64,000 nucleotides of DNA from Dehalococcoidia bacterium (GTDB lineage Bacteria; Chloroflexota; Dehalococcoidia; Plut-88900): the NCBI GenBank assembly GCA_965249275.1, contig CBDFLQ010000006.1:800001-864000 (forward strand), in the 5' to 3' direction. The notes under the pieces were generated by a model that did not search any database, was not told where the DNA came from, and was given only the letters and a program-made list of their open reading frames with translations. Both the position numbers and the translations under genes were made by a program. Shown one piece after another: positions 46,925-56,363 of the stretch. Each line of letters begins with the position of its first letter. Position 1 is the first letter of the stretch.

Positions 46925-47992
46925 TCACCCCTGAGTCCCGAGGTCGACGAGGTGTAGGGGTGTTTGGCCTCGGGCGAGCATGTCGACGTTCTCCATACCT
47001 ACCTTGAGGAAGTTTTCAAGGGTCTCGGGGTTGTAGGCGGCACGGTCGCCGGTCATGACAACGTTGTCCAGCTTGTGGATGCCCATGCGGGAGACAATTG
47101 GATTTGCGACGCCCCAGTGGATGAAAGGCACGGCATCCGAGGAGTCGGGCATCATATCGTAGTCCCACCACACGTCTGCTCCAAAGCCTGCGATCCAGTT
47201 CTCGGTCAGGGCCCTGTAGAGGGCCTCTTCGTCGACGATGCGGGCCCGGGCGACGTTGACGAGATAAGCCGTTGGTTTCATGGATTTCAGGGCGGCCTCA
47301 CCGATAAGCTTGTCTGTGGCGGGCATCCAAGGGATGCAAAGCTCGACGAAGTCCGATTCTTCCAGCACGCGGGAGAGGTCTTCGGGGCCGCCCAAGAAGT
47401 CGAGCCCCAGCTCTTCGACGAGGTCGGGGGCCGGGGTCCGCTTGGTAGCGAGAATACGCATCCCGAAGGCGCCGGCCCTCCGCGCGAGTTCCACCCCGAT
47501 AGCGCCCAAGCCAACGATTCCCATAGTCTTGCCAGCCAGCTCGCAGCCCATGGTATCTCGGGTGTAGGGGTACCAGGAGCCTTGGGCAATGGCTCGGTGG
47601 GCGGGGAGGACCCGCTTGGCCAGGGCCATTGTCTGTGCGAAAGCCATCTCCGCCACGGCTACAGCGTTGGCCCCGGCTATGTTGCCAAGCAATATGTTCC
47701 GTGCTCTCAGGGTGTTGAACGAGAAACCGAGGTCAGCACCGACTATCGAGCGGTGGGTTACGCCGGAGTGGAGCACCTGTACCAGCTGCACATTAGGGGC
47801 TTGTTCGATCATCTGCTCCGGTATGTATCCGCCGACGATGGCATCGGCGTCGGGGGCCACGGCTAGCAGGTCCTGGATATGGTAGGACTTTGGCGAAAGT
47901 ATCCGGCAAACATCGGAAACATAGCCCTGGAGTTTTCGCAGTTCGTCTTGGTTAACAGGCCAGGACAGCGCTATATTGAACATGTTAGACAA
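46925..47992 (-). CDS. D-2-hydroxyacid dehydrogenase family protein with atypical catalytic residues
   Basis: AVAE, GIVGLGAIG, LVNVAR, GADVWW; the TPH position reads TGD. Confidence 0.85.
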   Translation of the reverse strand: MSNMFNIALSWPVNQDELRKLQGYVSDVCRILSPKSYHIQDLLAVAPDADAIVGGYIPEQMIEQAPNVQLVQVLHSGVTHRSIVGADLGFSFNTLRARNILLGNIAGANAVAVAEMAFAQTMALAKRVLPAHRAIAQGSWYPYTRDTMGCELAGKTMGIVGLGAIGVELARRAGAFGMRILATKRTPAPDLVEELGLDFLGGPEDLSRVLEESDFVELCIPWMPATDKLIGEAALKSMKPTAYLVNVARARIVDEEALYRALTENWIAGFGADVWWDYDMMPDSSDAVPFIHWGVANPIVSRMGIHKLDNVVMTGDRAAYNPETLENFLKVGMENVDMLARGQTPLHLVDLGTQG

Positions 47993-48216
47993 ACCTCCCC
48001 GAAATCATTGGAACGCCGCCGACCAGACAGTCCCACAGTATCATCACGCCACAACATAGTCACAGTAGAGGCATTAGTCCAGTTATTGTCTGACAGTCCT
48101 AAAGAGCGGAGCATCACTGACGGGCATTTCGTTGACTAGTCGCGAACCGCGCCATACCATTGGGCAATTGAGGCCGGGGTTAAGGTCACGCAGGTCCATC
48201 AGATGGGAGGAAGTCC

Positions 48217-49554
48217 ATGGCGAGCGTACTCGAGCGGTTGGAGAGTAGGACGCGGAAATCCCAGGAGGTGTTCAAGAGCACCCGGGAGGTCGTGGCGCAG
48301 GAGGTGGTGGGGACAGTCGACATGCCCTATCCCCTTTATATCAAGGATGCGAAGGGCTCCCGGATCACCGACGTCGACGGGAACGAGTACATTGACATGA
48401 CGATGGGGTTCGGGCCTCACATCCTGGGCCACGCCCCCGACGTAGTTGTGGAAGCGGTGACCGAGGCCGTGGCTCGGGGGCTGCAGTTCGGGCTTCACAA
48501 CCCGTACCAGGAGCCATTGGCGTCGCTAATGGTGGAGGCAGCGCCCTGTGCCGACAAGGTAGTCTTCACCAACTCCGGCACCGAGGCCACCATGTACGGC
48601 GTCCGCGTCGCGAGGTCTTTTACAGGCAAGAACAAGATTGGCATGTTCGACGGCGGCTATCACGGGGCGCATGACCAAGTGCTGGCCGGGGCTCGGCGTG
48701 AAAGCCCTCGCAACCGGCCCATAGCTCGGGGGTTGGGCGGGGGGATTCCCCTACAAACCACGGAGAACGTCATCCTGCTTCCCTACCGGGAGGATGAGGC
48801 ATTCGAGATTATCCGTGAGCACAAGGACGAGCTTGCAGTAGTGATGATCGAGGGTGTGCAGAGCTCCAACCCGAGGCTGGACCACGGAGACTTCCTTAGA
48901 CAATTGCAGCAGGTCTGCCGCGAATGCGAAGTCCTCTTCCTAATCGATGAGGTCATCACCGGGTTCAGGCTGGGGTACGGAGGCGCTCAGGAGTATTTCG
49001 ACGTCGTGCCGGACCTGGCGGCTTACGGAAAGATAATAGGGGGTGGGACGCCTATCGGCGCGCTGGCGGGGTCGGAGGAAATCATGCGGGTGTTCTCGGC
49101 GTCCCGGGAAGGGGACAAGTCCGGGCCTCGGCGGATCTTCTCCGGAGGGACCTTCAGCGGCAACCCCATCAGCATGATCGCCGGTCACGCCGCCGTGAAC
49201 CACCTGAAGAATCACCCAGAGCTGTATTCACAGCTTGAGGAGCGCGGGGCTCGGCTTTCCGAGGAGATCAACTCCTTCTGCATGGCCGAGGAGCTGCCCG
49301 TCCAGATGATGAGCGCCCAGTCCTTGTTCTATCTGCGCTTCCAAAGATCCCCGATAAACAGCTCCCGGGACATCGATTCTTCCCTGCATGACGCGGAGAT
49401 CCAGTTCTACCTCCACCTTTTGGACCGGGGAGTCATCGTGCCGGGGATACACCTGGGATTCACTTCCACAGCGCACAGTGATGAGGACGTGGACACGATA
49501 GTGGATGCGATGAAGGAGTCGCTAAAAGATGTACGCAAAATGGGGATGATGTAG
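48217..49554 (+). CDS. Glutamate-1-semialdehyde aminomutase-like class III aminotransferase
   Basis: DVDGNEYID, NSGTEAT, GGYHG, DEVITGFR, YGKIIGGG, GGTFSGNP. Confidence 0.88.
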   Translation: MASVLERLESRTRKSQEVFKSTREVVAQEVVGTVDMPYPLYIKDAKGSRITDVDGNEYIDMTMGFGPHILGHAPDVVVEAVTEAVARGLQFGLHNPYQEPLASLMVEAAPCADKVVFTNSGTEATMYGVRVARSFTGKNKIGMFDGGYHGAHDQVLAGARRESPRNRPIARGLGGGIPLQTTENVILLPYREDEAFEIIREHKDELAVVMIEGVQSSNPRLDHGDFLRQLQQVCRECEVLFLIDEVITGFRLGYGGAQEYFDVVPDLAAYGKIIGGGTPIGALAGSEEIMRVFSASREGDKSGPRRIFSGGTFSGNPISMIAGHAAVNHLKNHPELYSQLEERGARLSEEINSFCMAEELPVQMMSAQSLFYLRFQRSPINSSRDIDSSLHDAEIQFYLHLLDRGVIVPGIHLGFTSTAHSDEDVDTIVDAMKESLKDVRKMGMM

Positions 49555-49583
49555 CCCAACCCGTAAAGCAGGAGACTAGAGTT

Positions 49584-50798
49584 TTGAGCCCTAAACCTTT
49601 AGAAGGTGTCAAAGTCGTAGAAGTATCCAACTGGGTGTCGGGCCCGACCTGCGGCGTTATGCTGGCCGATTACGGGGCCGAGGTAATCAAGGTTGAACAT
49701 CTGCAGTCGGGTGGCGACCCGACAAGGGGCTGGATACCCAACATCGACCCTACGCCCGACCTGGTCAACTACGTCTTCGAGCAGATCAACCGGGGTAAGC
49801 GCAGCCTCGCGCTGGATCTCGGTTCCGAAAAGGGAAAGGAGATATTCGCGAGGCTTATCAAGGACACGGACGTAATGGTTACCAACTTGCGGGTCGGGAC
49901 AGCGGAGTCTCTCGGCATCGACTACGAGAGTTTAAGTGCGATCAATCCTGCTCTCGTCTACGGGAGGCTCACCGCCTATGGAATAGATGGGCCTGACAAA
50001 GACCGTCCCGGTTACGACATGCTGAGCTACTGGGCGCGTTCCGGCTTAATGTCGGCGATCAGTCCGGTGGAAGGGCCGCCTGTCGACCTACCATGTTCAC
50101 TAGGAGACGTAAACACCGGAACTTTCCTTTTCGGGGCCATAATGATGGCGCTTTACACGCGGGAGCGGACGGGCAAAGGGGCCGTGGTTGATACCTCCCT
50201 ATACAACGCCGGCATCTGGGGCAGCGCGGAGTCAATCTGGTCTATGCTGATCTCCGGCAGGCCTCTAAAGTCCCTTGCCGAATTCATTAGCATCAACCCA
50301 CTGGTCAAGTACTACCAGTGTGGCGACGGCAAATGGGCCCAACTGTGCCTGCTCCAGAGCGACCGAGCGTGGCTCCCCTTCTGCGCCGCCATTGCAAGAC
50401 CCGACCTAGCGGAAGAGGCTAAGTATGGGTCGCTCCAAGACAGGGCAGTCCACAGCGAGGAACTCACGGCCATCCTGAAGGCGCACTTCAAAACCCAACC
50501 GCGGGACCACTGGGCCGCACGGCTGGACAAGGCGGGCTTGCCGTGGGAGCCTATTTCCAGCATTGATGAAGTTGGGGTGAGTCCTCAGCTGGAGGCTACG
50601 GGTTCGATTGTAGAGGTGGAGCACCCGCAGCACGGCTCCCTCAAAGAGCTGGCCTCCCCCTTCCGCATTGGCAACGAGAGCTTTGCTTCAAATGTCTCGG
50701 CCCCTGAGTTCGGCGGGTCCACCAGGAACGTGCTGCTGGAACTGGGGTACACCTGGGAGGAGATTGTCGGGCTTAAGGAGTCGGGCGTGGTGATCTAG
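49584..50798 (+). CDS. CaiB/BaiF family III CoA-transferase
   Basis: PLEGVKVVE, LADYGAEVIKVE, NRGKRS, RPGYD, LGD (catalytic Asp), APEFG. Confidence 0.93.
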   Translation: MSPKPLEGVKVVEVSNWVSGPTCGVMLADYGAEVIKVEHLQSGGDPTRGWIPNIDPTPDLVNYVFEQINRGKRSLALDLGSEKGKEIFARLIKDTDVMVTNLRVGTAESLGIDYESLSAINPALVYGRLTAYGIDGPDKDRPGYDMLSYWARSGLMSAISPVEGPPVDLPCSLGDVNTGTFLFGAIMMALYTRERTGKGAVVDTSLYNAGIWGSAESIWSMLISGRPLKSLAEFISINPLVKYYQCGDGKWAQLCLLQSDRAWLPFCAAIARPDLAEEAKYGSLQDRAVHSEELTAILKAHFKTQPRDHWAARLDKAGLPWEPISSIDEVGVSPQLEATGSIVEVEHPQHGSLKELASPFRIGNESFASNVSAPEFGGSTRNVLLELGYTWEEIVGLKESGVVI

Positions 50799-50814
50799 GG
50801 CGGAATACCCGCAC

Positions 50815-50853
50815 AATAAAAAGCGTCGGCGCGGTGCGCCGACGCTTTTATTT
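50815..50853. terminator. Bidirectional intrinsic terminator between convergent genes
   Basis: AAAAGCGTCGGCGC-GGT-GCGCCGACGCTTTT with A- and T-rich tails. Confidence 0.9.
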
Positions 50854-50876
50854 GCAATCTATTTCTTGATGAGGGT

Positions 50877-51527
50877 CTAGGGGCTGGGGCTGAACTTGGG
50901 GTATTTGTCCGTAGCAAAAGCGAGGTAGAGGTTCACCCGCGTCCCCCAGCGCATATACCCCTCTGCGAACCTGAAAACCGACTCAGGGAACCTGCCAGTG
51001 AACAGGATTATGAACCACACAACAAACAGGGCGATCATCAAGGCGATGCCGTAGAAGAAAAGGATGATCCCGTGGGGTATGCTCACGTAGAGCCAACCCA
51101 ACAATAGCTTGAGTACGGCGTGGGGCCTGGACAAGGTCTCCGGGTACTCTACTCTGAAGATCACCGGGTCGTCGGGCTCCTCCTCGAAGGAGAATGGCGG
51201 GTATTTATCCACCATGAAGTTGCCCATAAACGGGCCGGCGTAAGCCATAACCCTCAGGTTCCACCGTTGGTACGCGACGACGAAGTCGAATAGGCTCTTC
51301 GGGTATCGGCCCGTGAATAGGATAACCACGAAGGCTGCCAGGGAGACCACCCAGGCTGCGATGCCCAACGCCCATAACATGACCCCATGAGGGATGCCCA
51401 CGTAAATAAAGCCAAAGAATGTCTTCAGTAGAAGGTGCAGCCGGGACAGCTTCTCGGGGCGCTGAACGCTGACCACTATTGGGGCCGAGGGTTCCCCTGC
51501 CATCTCCTGGGCTTGTGCAATCGCCAT
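50877..51527 (-). CDS. DUF4389 membrane protein (duplicated domain)
   Basis: Two copies of LSR...IPH...ILFTGR[YF]P..[LV]F.F...RW..RV..Y...DKYP. Confidence 0.88.
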   Translation of the reverse strand: MAIAQAQEMAGEPSAPIVVSVQRPEKLSRLHLLLKTFFGFIYVGIPHGVMLWALGIAAWVVSLAAFVVILFTGRYPKSLFDFVVAYQRWNLRVMAYAGPFMGNFMVDKYPPFSFEEEPDDPVIFRVEYPETLSRPHAVLKLLLGWLYVSIPHGIILFFYGIALMIALFVVWFIILFTGRFPESVFRFAEGYMRWGTRVNLYLAFATDKYPKFSPSP

Positions 51528-51598
51528 ATACCCACCTCTTTCCCTTATAAGGGTCGGTGAAACGGCCTGTGAAACATGCTATCAGATTGCGGGACCCG

Positions 51599-52792
51599 TC
51601 ACCCGGCCCCCGACCCTGCGCTGAACATAGCGAAGGAGCTTGTGAAACCGTGCAAGAACGTCGATCCGCCCACCTGTCCGATCTCTCCGTTGCAGAAGAA
51701 CCCGGCCAGCGGCGCACGGGAAATGCGATTCAGGAAGATGTCGCTGTCGTGGTTGGGCCGCCCGAACAGGTGCTCGCCCCTACCTAGGCAGGAGAACAGC
51801 AGCGCACCGGACGTGCCTGAAGAGTCGTTGTCTTCCACGTAGCGATCCATCACGGCTTCCAAGTCTTGCCTTGCCGTCTCGGCGTCCCGAACGTGGAACT
51901 GCACGACCTGTCCCTCGCTCAGCATCTCCCCTATGACCAGGGCACCCGTTTCCTGGTGCAGACCCATCACGTTGCGGATCAGGAAGTCGCCGGGCCTGAA
52001 CTGGTCCTTGAGAGGGTCCATCACAACGCCCAGGTGCAGCGCTGAATTTATCAGTCTTCTGTCGTGGCTGTCCGACTCATTGAAGACCTTGCGAAGGGCT
52101 TCCATCGGGCTCTGTCCGTCCAGCTCAACCAGCAGGTTCCCCTGACACTTGGTAATCACGCCCGACCGCCCGATGGGTCGGCACCCCTGCGCGACAATCG
52201 TGTCCACTTTCACATTCCCGTACATCGCCATCCCCACCGCTCCCGAGTGAAAGACGTCCTTGCCAAGGAACAGGGCATTGGCCCCAGCGCTCATGCCTCC
52301 GCTGGCCAATCCGCCTATCTTCACACCTTCATTGAATGCGAAGTCCAGCCCGGCGACCAGGCTATCGGCGTGGATGGTGAACGGGTCCGGCAGGACTACG
52401 AAGTGAGGCTTTTGGTCGGCATTGACGCCTACTATCTGCTCCCAGGACGCCGGTCCATCGTCGGGAGTCGGCAAGTCGGCATCCTCAACGTGGAAGAAGT
52501 TCAGGTGCACGTCCGGCAGGATAGCGCCGGTGATGGAGACCGCCGCCCGGTTCTCGACCTCCTTGCCCTCCCCGATGACGCCTCCGCCCGAGCAGCCGAT
52601 CAGGTTCTCGACAGGGCTGATGTCGGCGATTATGTCCGGGACTTGATCGTATTCAGCACGGTGTGTGTTGGAAACGAAGACCATAAGGAGGTCCGGCGTC
52701 CCTCCGTCGAGGTCCGCCTTAACGCGCTCGGCCGCCTCCTGCACCGCTGCCTTCAAAGTATGCTGCTCTGATATGGCTGATGCCCATTTCAT
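51599..52792 (-). CDS. FIST-domain protein
   Basis: IGCSGGGVIG, GGLASG, VAQGCRPIG, QFHVRD, FSCLGRG, GFFCNGEIG. Confidence 0.93.
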   Translation of the reverse strand: MKWASAISEQHTLKAAVQEAAERVKADLDGGTPDLLMVFVSNTHRAEYDQVPDIIADISPVENLIGCSGGGVIGEGKEVENRAAVSITGAILPDVHLNFFHVEDADLPTPDDGPASWEQIVGVNADQKPHFVVLPDPFTIHADSLVAGLDFAFNEGVKIGGLASGGMSAGANALFLGKDVFHSGAVGMAMYGNVKVDTIVAQGCRPIGRSGVITKCQGNLLVELDGQSPMEALRKVFNESDSHDRRLINSALHLGVVMDPLKDQFRPGDFLIRNVMGLHQETGALVIGEMLSEGQVVQFHVRDAETARQDLEAVMDRYVEDNDSSGTSGALLFSCLGRGEHLFGRPNHDSDIFLNRISRAPLAGFFCNGEIGQVGGSTFLHGFTSSFAMFSAGSGAG

Positions 52793-52901
52793 AGTCCCAC
52801 CCCACCCTAAGAATATTGCTTATATTATTATACATCCCCTCCGCCGCCTTACTGTTATACAATGCCCGAACGCTTAACCCATAAGACAGGATGCATAGCC
52901 C

Positions 52902-53465
52902 ATGCCCATCTACGAACTGGACGGCAAACGTCCGACCATTGCCCGATCCGCTTACATCCACCCGACCGCCGTAATCATCGGCGACGTCACGATTGGCGAG
53001 AACTGCTGGATCGGGCCGAACGCCACGATACGAGGTGACGACCACAGCATCAGAATCGAGGACGGGTCGGACGTGCAGGACAACTGCGTGATCCACGGCG
53101 AGACGGTGCTCGGGCCCAAATGCCGCATGGGGCACGGAGCGGTAGTCCACGGCTCGGTTTTGGGAGAGGGGGTCCTAGTGGCAATGAACGCCGTAGTCCT
53201 TGACGGGGTACGTCTCGGGGACGGGGTGGTGGTGGCAGCGGGCTCGGTGGTGGCTCCCAAGGCAGAGGTGGCGGCGCGGAAGGTGGTGATGGGAGTTCCG
53301 GGTGCGGTTGTCGGCGACCTGCCTGTGGGTATGCAGAGAGCCGGCGAAGACGAAGACTACGTTTCAGCTATCCCCATGTATCGGGACCGTCAAATCGAGG
53401 TTTCAATCGAAGAATGCAGAGACCCGTCCAAGGAGGCCGCTCTTGACCGCTCAACCCGAGAATAA
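52902..53465 (+). CDS. Gamma-carbonic anhydrase family protein
   Basis: IRGD, VQDNCVIH, MGHGAVVHG, GVPG. Confidence 0.9.
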   Translation: MPIYELDGKRPTIARSAYIHPTAVIIGDVTIGENCWIGPNATIRGDDHSIRIEDGSDVQDNCVIHGETVLGPKCRMGHGAVVHGSVLGEGVLVAMNAVVLDGVRLGDGVVVAAGSVVAPKAEVAARKVVMGVPGAVVGDLPVGMQRAGEDEDYVSAIPMYRDRQIEVSIEECRDPSKEAALDRSTRE

Positions 53466-53607
53466 CGAAATCCAGGCTCGAGTCAGCCTGGCCATGAAAG
53501 AGGCCCTGGACGCCTGCCCCTCACCAAGACTCGCGCCCTTCACGCCTGCACAGATGGCATTCCTGGAGCGGGTTCTGGCGTCGGCGCTGACCTTCTCGGC
53601 ATCTTAA
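53443..53607 (+). CDS. Possible 54-aa small protein
   Basis: AAGGAGG SD followed by TTG at 53443; MTAQPENNEIQARVSLAMKEAL... Confidence 0.35.
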   Translation: MTAQPENNEIQARVSLAMKEALDACPSPRLAPFTPAQMAFLERVLASALTFSAS

Positions 53608-53687
53608 GCAAAACCTCGTCCAATTGGCAGGGCCAAAATGACGAGGATAATTTCTAATTCTGCGGCGAGATCAGATACGCCTTCGCG

Positions 53688-54056
53688 CTAGTGAATGCCT
53701 ACCAGATAGAGCTCGGGAGACGGGATTAGTCTGTGGTGCGTTGTGTCGGCGATCAGGCCGAGACTCTGAAGGGACACCACCCCGAGAAGGTACAAGTCTT
53801 CGGGCCCAAATATCACGGGGCTAGTCCGCTCCCGACCTTCATACTTGAACCGTGCCTCTCCCAAGCCGTAAGCCTGCCGACTTCCGTCGGCCAGGGTGAA
53901 CGTCATGTCCTCCAAGGGAGACAGACCTAGCTGTTCCTTCAGCAAAGAGGACGGCAGCATAGAGTAGGTAGCGCCAGTATCAACAATCGGCTCTACTTCG
54001 ACGAATACTCTATCCGTCGGGTTTCCTACCTCGATAGCCGCGCGAAAAAGTTCCAT
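53688..54056 (-). CDS. Clan AA (retropepsin-like) single-domain aspartic protease
   Basis: IVDTGATYS, TLADG, LLGVVSLQSLG; ATG at 54056. Confidence 0.85.
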   Translation of the reverse strand: MELFRAAIEVGNPTDRVFVEVEPIVDTGATYSMLPSSLLKEQLGLSPLEDMTFTLADGSRQAYGLGEARFKYEGRERTSPVIFGPEDLYLLGVVSLQSLGLIADTTHHRLIPSPELYLVGIH

Positions 54057-54113
54057 GTACGCTCCTGACTTCCGATTATGAACCCGCAAGGCTAGGTACG
54101 CTATACTACCCTC

Positions 54114-54635
54114 ATGCATCACGCACCCATCAAACTCCTTCACTTCTCCGACACCCATGTCCGTGAGAAGGACGAGCTCCACCCCATCGTCAAGGAAGCC
54201 CTCAAGGAAGCCGACTGGGTCATTCACACCGGCGATTTTACGGGACCCACGCTAGTCCACCAGCTGATAGAAGACCACCCCAAGTTTGTCGGCGTATTCG
54301 GGAACACGGACAAGGACGAGACCCGGCGGATTCTCCCCGACAAGCAGTTCTTCGCCATCGGGCAGTGGAGGTTCGGCATCATTCACCCCTGGTGGGGCAT
54401 GGAACCCGACGGGATAGAGGACCGCATTCTGCAAGAGCTGGGCGCCCAGGACGTCATCCTCTACGGGCACACGCACGAACGTGTCGAACACTACGTCGGC
54501 GATACGCTTATCGTGAATCCTGGCCCCGGTTACCCGGACTTCATGATGCCGGGCTCGGTGGCCATGCTGACCCTTCACCCGACCTCCATAGACGTTGAAT
54601 TCCGAATTTTTGAAAGGCCTTCCAGAAGGGCGTAA
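54114..54635 (+). CDS. YfcE-like metallophosphoesterase
   Basis: FSDTH, IHTGD, FGNTD, YGHTH, VNPG. Confidence 0.9.
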   Translation: MHHAPIKLLHFSDTHVREKDELHPIVKEALKEADWVIHTGDFTGPTLVHQLIEDHPKFVGVFGNTDKDETRRILPDKQFFAIGQWRFGIIHPWWGMEPDGIEDRILQELGAQDVILYGHTHERVEHYVGDTLIVNPGPGYPDFMMPGSVAMLTLHPTSIDVEFRIFERPSRRA

Positions 54636-54660
54636 CGCCATTAAGAGAGGCCCGTCTTCC

Positions 54661-54689
54661 TTGCCCACTCATACACCCCCATATATAAT
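54661..54689 (+). promoter_or_regulatory. sigma70-type promoter for the N-methylglutamate cluster
   Basis: TTGCCC-17 bp-TATAAT. Confidence 0.6.
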
Positions 54690-54767
54690 GGTTCGGCTGT
54701 CAGGATGGTGTTGCTCACAACTATGTAACCCAAATTCCTTTGACATGATCTCTGGGAGAGTAAAGAG

Positions 54768-55682
54768 ATGTGCGGCATAAGCGGAATAATGCATAAGCAT
54801 GCGGGGGCCGCCGCCCTCGCTCCCATAGGCGAAGAACTCGTCCGTATGCTGGATGCCATGAAGCACCGGGGAATCGACTCCACGGGCATCACCGTGGCCG
54901 GGGAAGACTCCAATTCCGACTTCATTGTCAGGGTCTGGTCCGATCCCGACGCCGACTACCGGGGCCGCTTCAGGGCCGTCGAAGAGGCGGTGGTTGCCAA
55001 AGGCGGGGTTGTAAAGAACCGTCAGTCGACGGACGAATTTCTACGCCTCAACGTCAACTATGAAGGTGACCTCAACTCCCTCGCGGCCTCGTTATACGAG
55101 CTGCCCGGCGTGACTATCCACAGCATCGGCCAGAACTCCGAGGTCGTGAAGGACGTGGGCACGGGCGTGGAACTCGACGACAAGCACGGCATTGGCACTA
55201 TGAAAGGGACGCACGGCATCGGGCACGTGCGCCTGGCCACCGAGAGCCGGGTCGACATCACCCACTCCCACCCCTTCTGGGCCTACCCCTTCCCTGACGT
55301 TACCGTCGTACACAACGGCCAGCTGACCAACTATCACAAGATGAAGCGCAAGTACGAGGACGAAGGTCATCGCTTCCAGACCGGGAATGACTCCGAGCTC
55401 ATCGCCGTCTACCTGGCCGAAAAGCTTGCCCGCGGCGCGGCCCTCGAAGACGCCCTCTACGCCTCACTGGATGATCTGGACGGTTCATTCACCTACCTGG
55501 TCTCTACCGATCAGGGCATGGGCTCCGCCAAGGACTCCCTCGCGCTCAAGCCTCTGGTCCTCATGGAGACCGACGACGTGGTAGCCCTCGCCTCCGAGGA
55601 AGTCGCCCTCCGCTCCGTATTCGACGAGGAGATAGAGCGGGTCGAGCCCCAGCAGAGCGAGGTCATGACTTGGTTGATATAA
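54768..55682 (+). CDS. Class II glutamine amidotransferase-like protein, N-methylglutamate synthase subunit A (MgsA/GlxB-like)
   Basis: N-terminal MCGI, HRG.DSTG, GHVRLATES, HPF, VHNGQL, NDSE; cluster context. Confidence 0.88.
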   Translation: MCGISGIMHKHAGAAALAPIGEELVRMLDAMKHRGIDSTGITVAGEDSNSDFIVRVWSDPDADYRGRFRAVEEAVVAKGGVVKNRQSTDEFLRLNVNYEGDLNSLAASLYELPGVTIHSIGQNSEVVKDVGTGVELDDKHGIGTMKGTHGIGHVRLATESRVDITHSHPFWAYPFPDVTVVHNGQLTNYHKMKRKYEDEGHRFQTGNDSELIAVYLAEKLARGAALEDALYASLDDLDGSFTYLVSTDQGMGSAKDSLALKPLVLMETDDVVALASEEVALRSVFDEEIERVEPQQSEVMTWLI

Positions 55683-56353
55683 ACGCCAGGGACATGACCA
55701 TCCGGGAGATCAACACCCGGGTCAAGGAGCTGGTGAACGCGGGGGAAGAGGTACGGATTATCGATCCCCAGGCGCGGCACAACCTGGTTATCGGGGTGCT
55801 GAAGGAATGCAAGATAACAGTCGAGGGAAGTGTCGGGTACCTGTGCGCCAGCCTTCTGGACGGTCCTGACGTTATCATCAACGGCAACGCCGGATGGGCC
55901 TTGGGCGAGAACATGATGAGTGGCCGCATAACCTTGACCCGCAGTGCGGGCGCATCCGTTGCCGCAACCCTCAGGGGCGGGCAACTGTTCGTCGGCGGGG
56001 ACGCCGGGGCACGGGCGGGCATCTCCATGAAGGGCGGCGATCTTATAATACGCGGCAACGCTGGATTCCTAACCGGCTATATGATGCAGAAGGGCCGCAT
56101 TATCATCTGCGGCGATGTCGGAGACGCGGTCGGGGACTCTATGTACGAAGGCGAGATATATGTCGCCGGGAACATTGGCTCGCTCGGGAGCGACGCCAAG
56201 GAGGAGACTGCCTCCGAGGACGAGTTGCTGCAGATATGGGAAAAGCTCGAGAGCTTTGGCATAACCGAACGCTTCCAGTTCAAGAAGGTGGTCTCCGCCA
56301 AGAAGCTCTACCACTTCGATGCGCTTGAGCGCTTTGAAAAGAGGGTGGTGTAG
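55670..56353 (+). CDS. GXGXG-domain protein, N-methylglutamate synthase subunit B (MgsB/GlxC-like)
   Basis: GNAGWALGENMMSG, GDAGARAGISMKGG, GDSMYEG repeats. Confidence 0.88.
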   Translation: MVDINARDMTIREINTRVKELVNAGEEVRIIDPQARHNLVIGVLKECKITVEGSVGYLCASLLDGPDVIINGNAGWALGENMMSGRITLTRSAGASVAATLRGGQLFVGGDAGARAGISMKGGDLIIRGNAGFLTGYMMQKGRIIICGDVGDAVGDSMYEGEIYVAGNIGSLGSDAKEETASEDELLQIWEKLESFGITERFQFKKVVSAKKLYHFDALERFEKRVV

Positions 56354-56363
56354 GTAGCCCGCT

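Noticed and set aside
48086-48096. GntR-type operator TTGTCTGACAG in the divergent promoter region
   Set aside because: Single imperfect 11-bp palindrome and no regulator gene nearby
48217-49554. Calling this gene hemL
   Set aside because: No tetrapyrrole genes nearby and the context is catabolic; only the family call is supported
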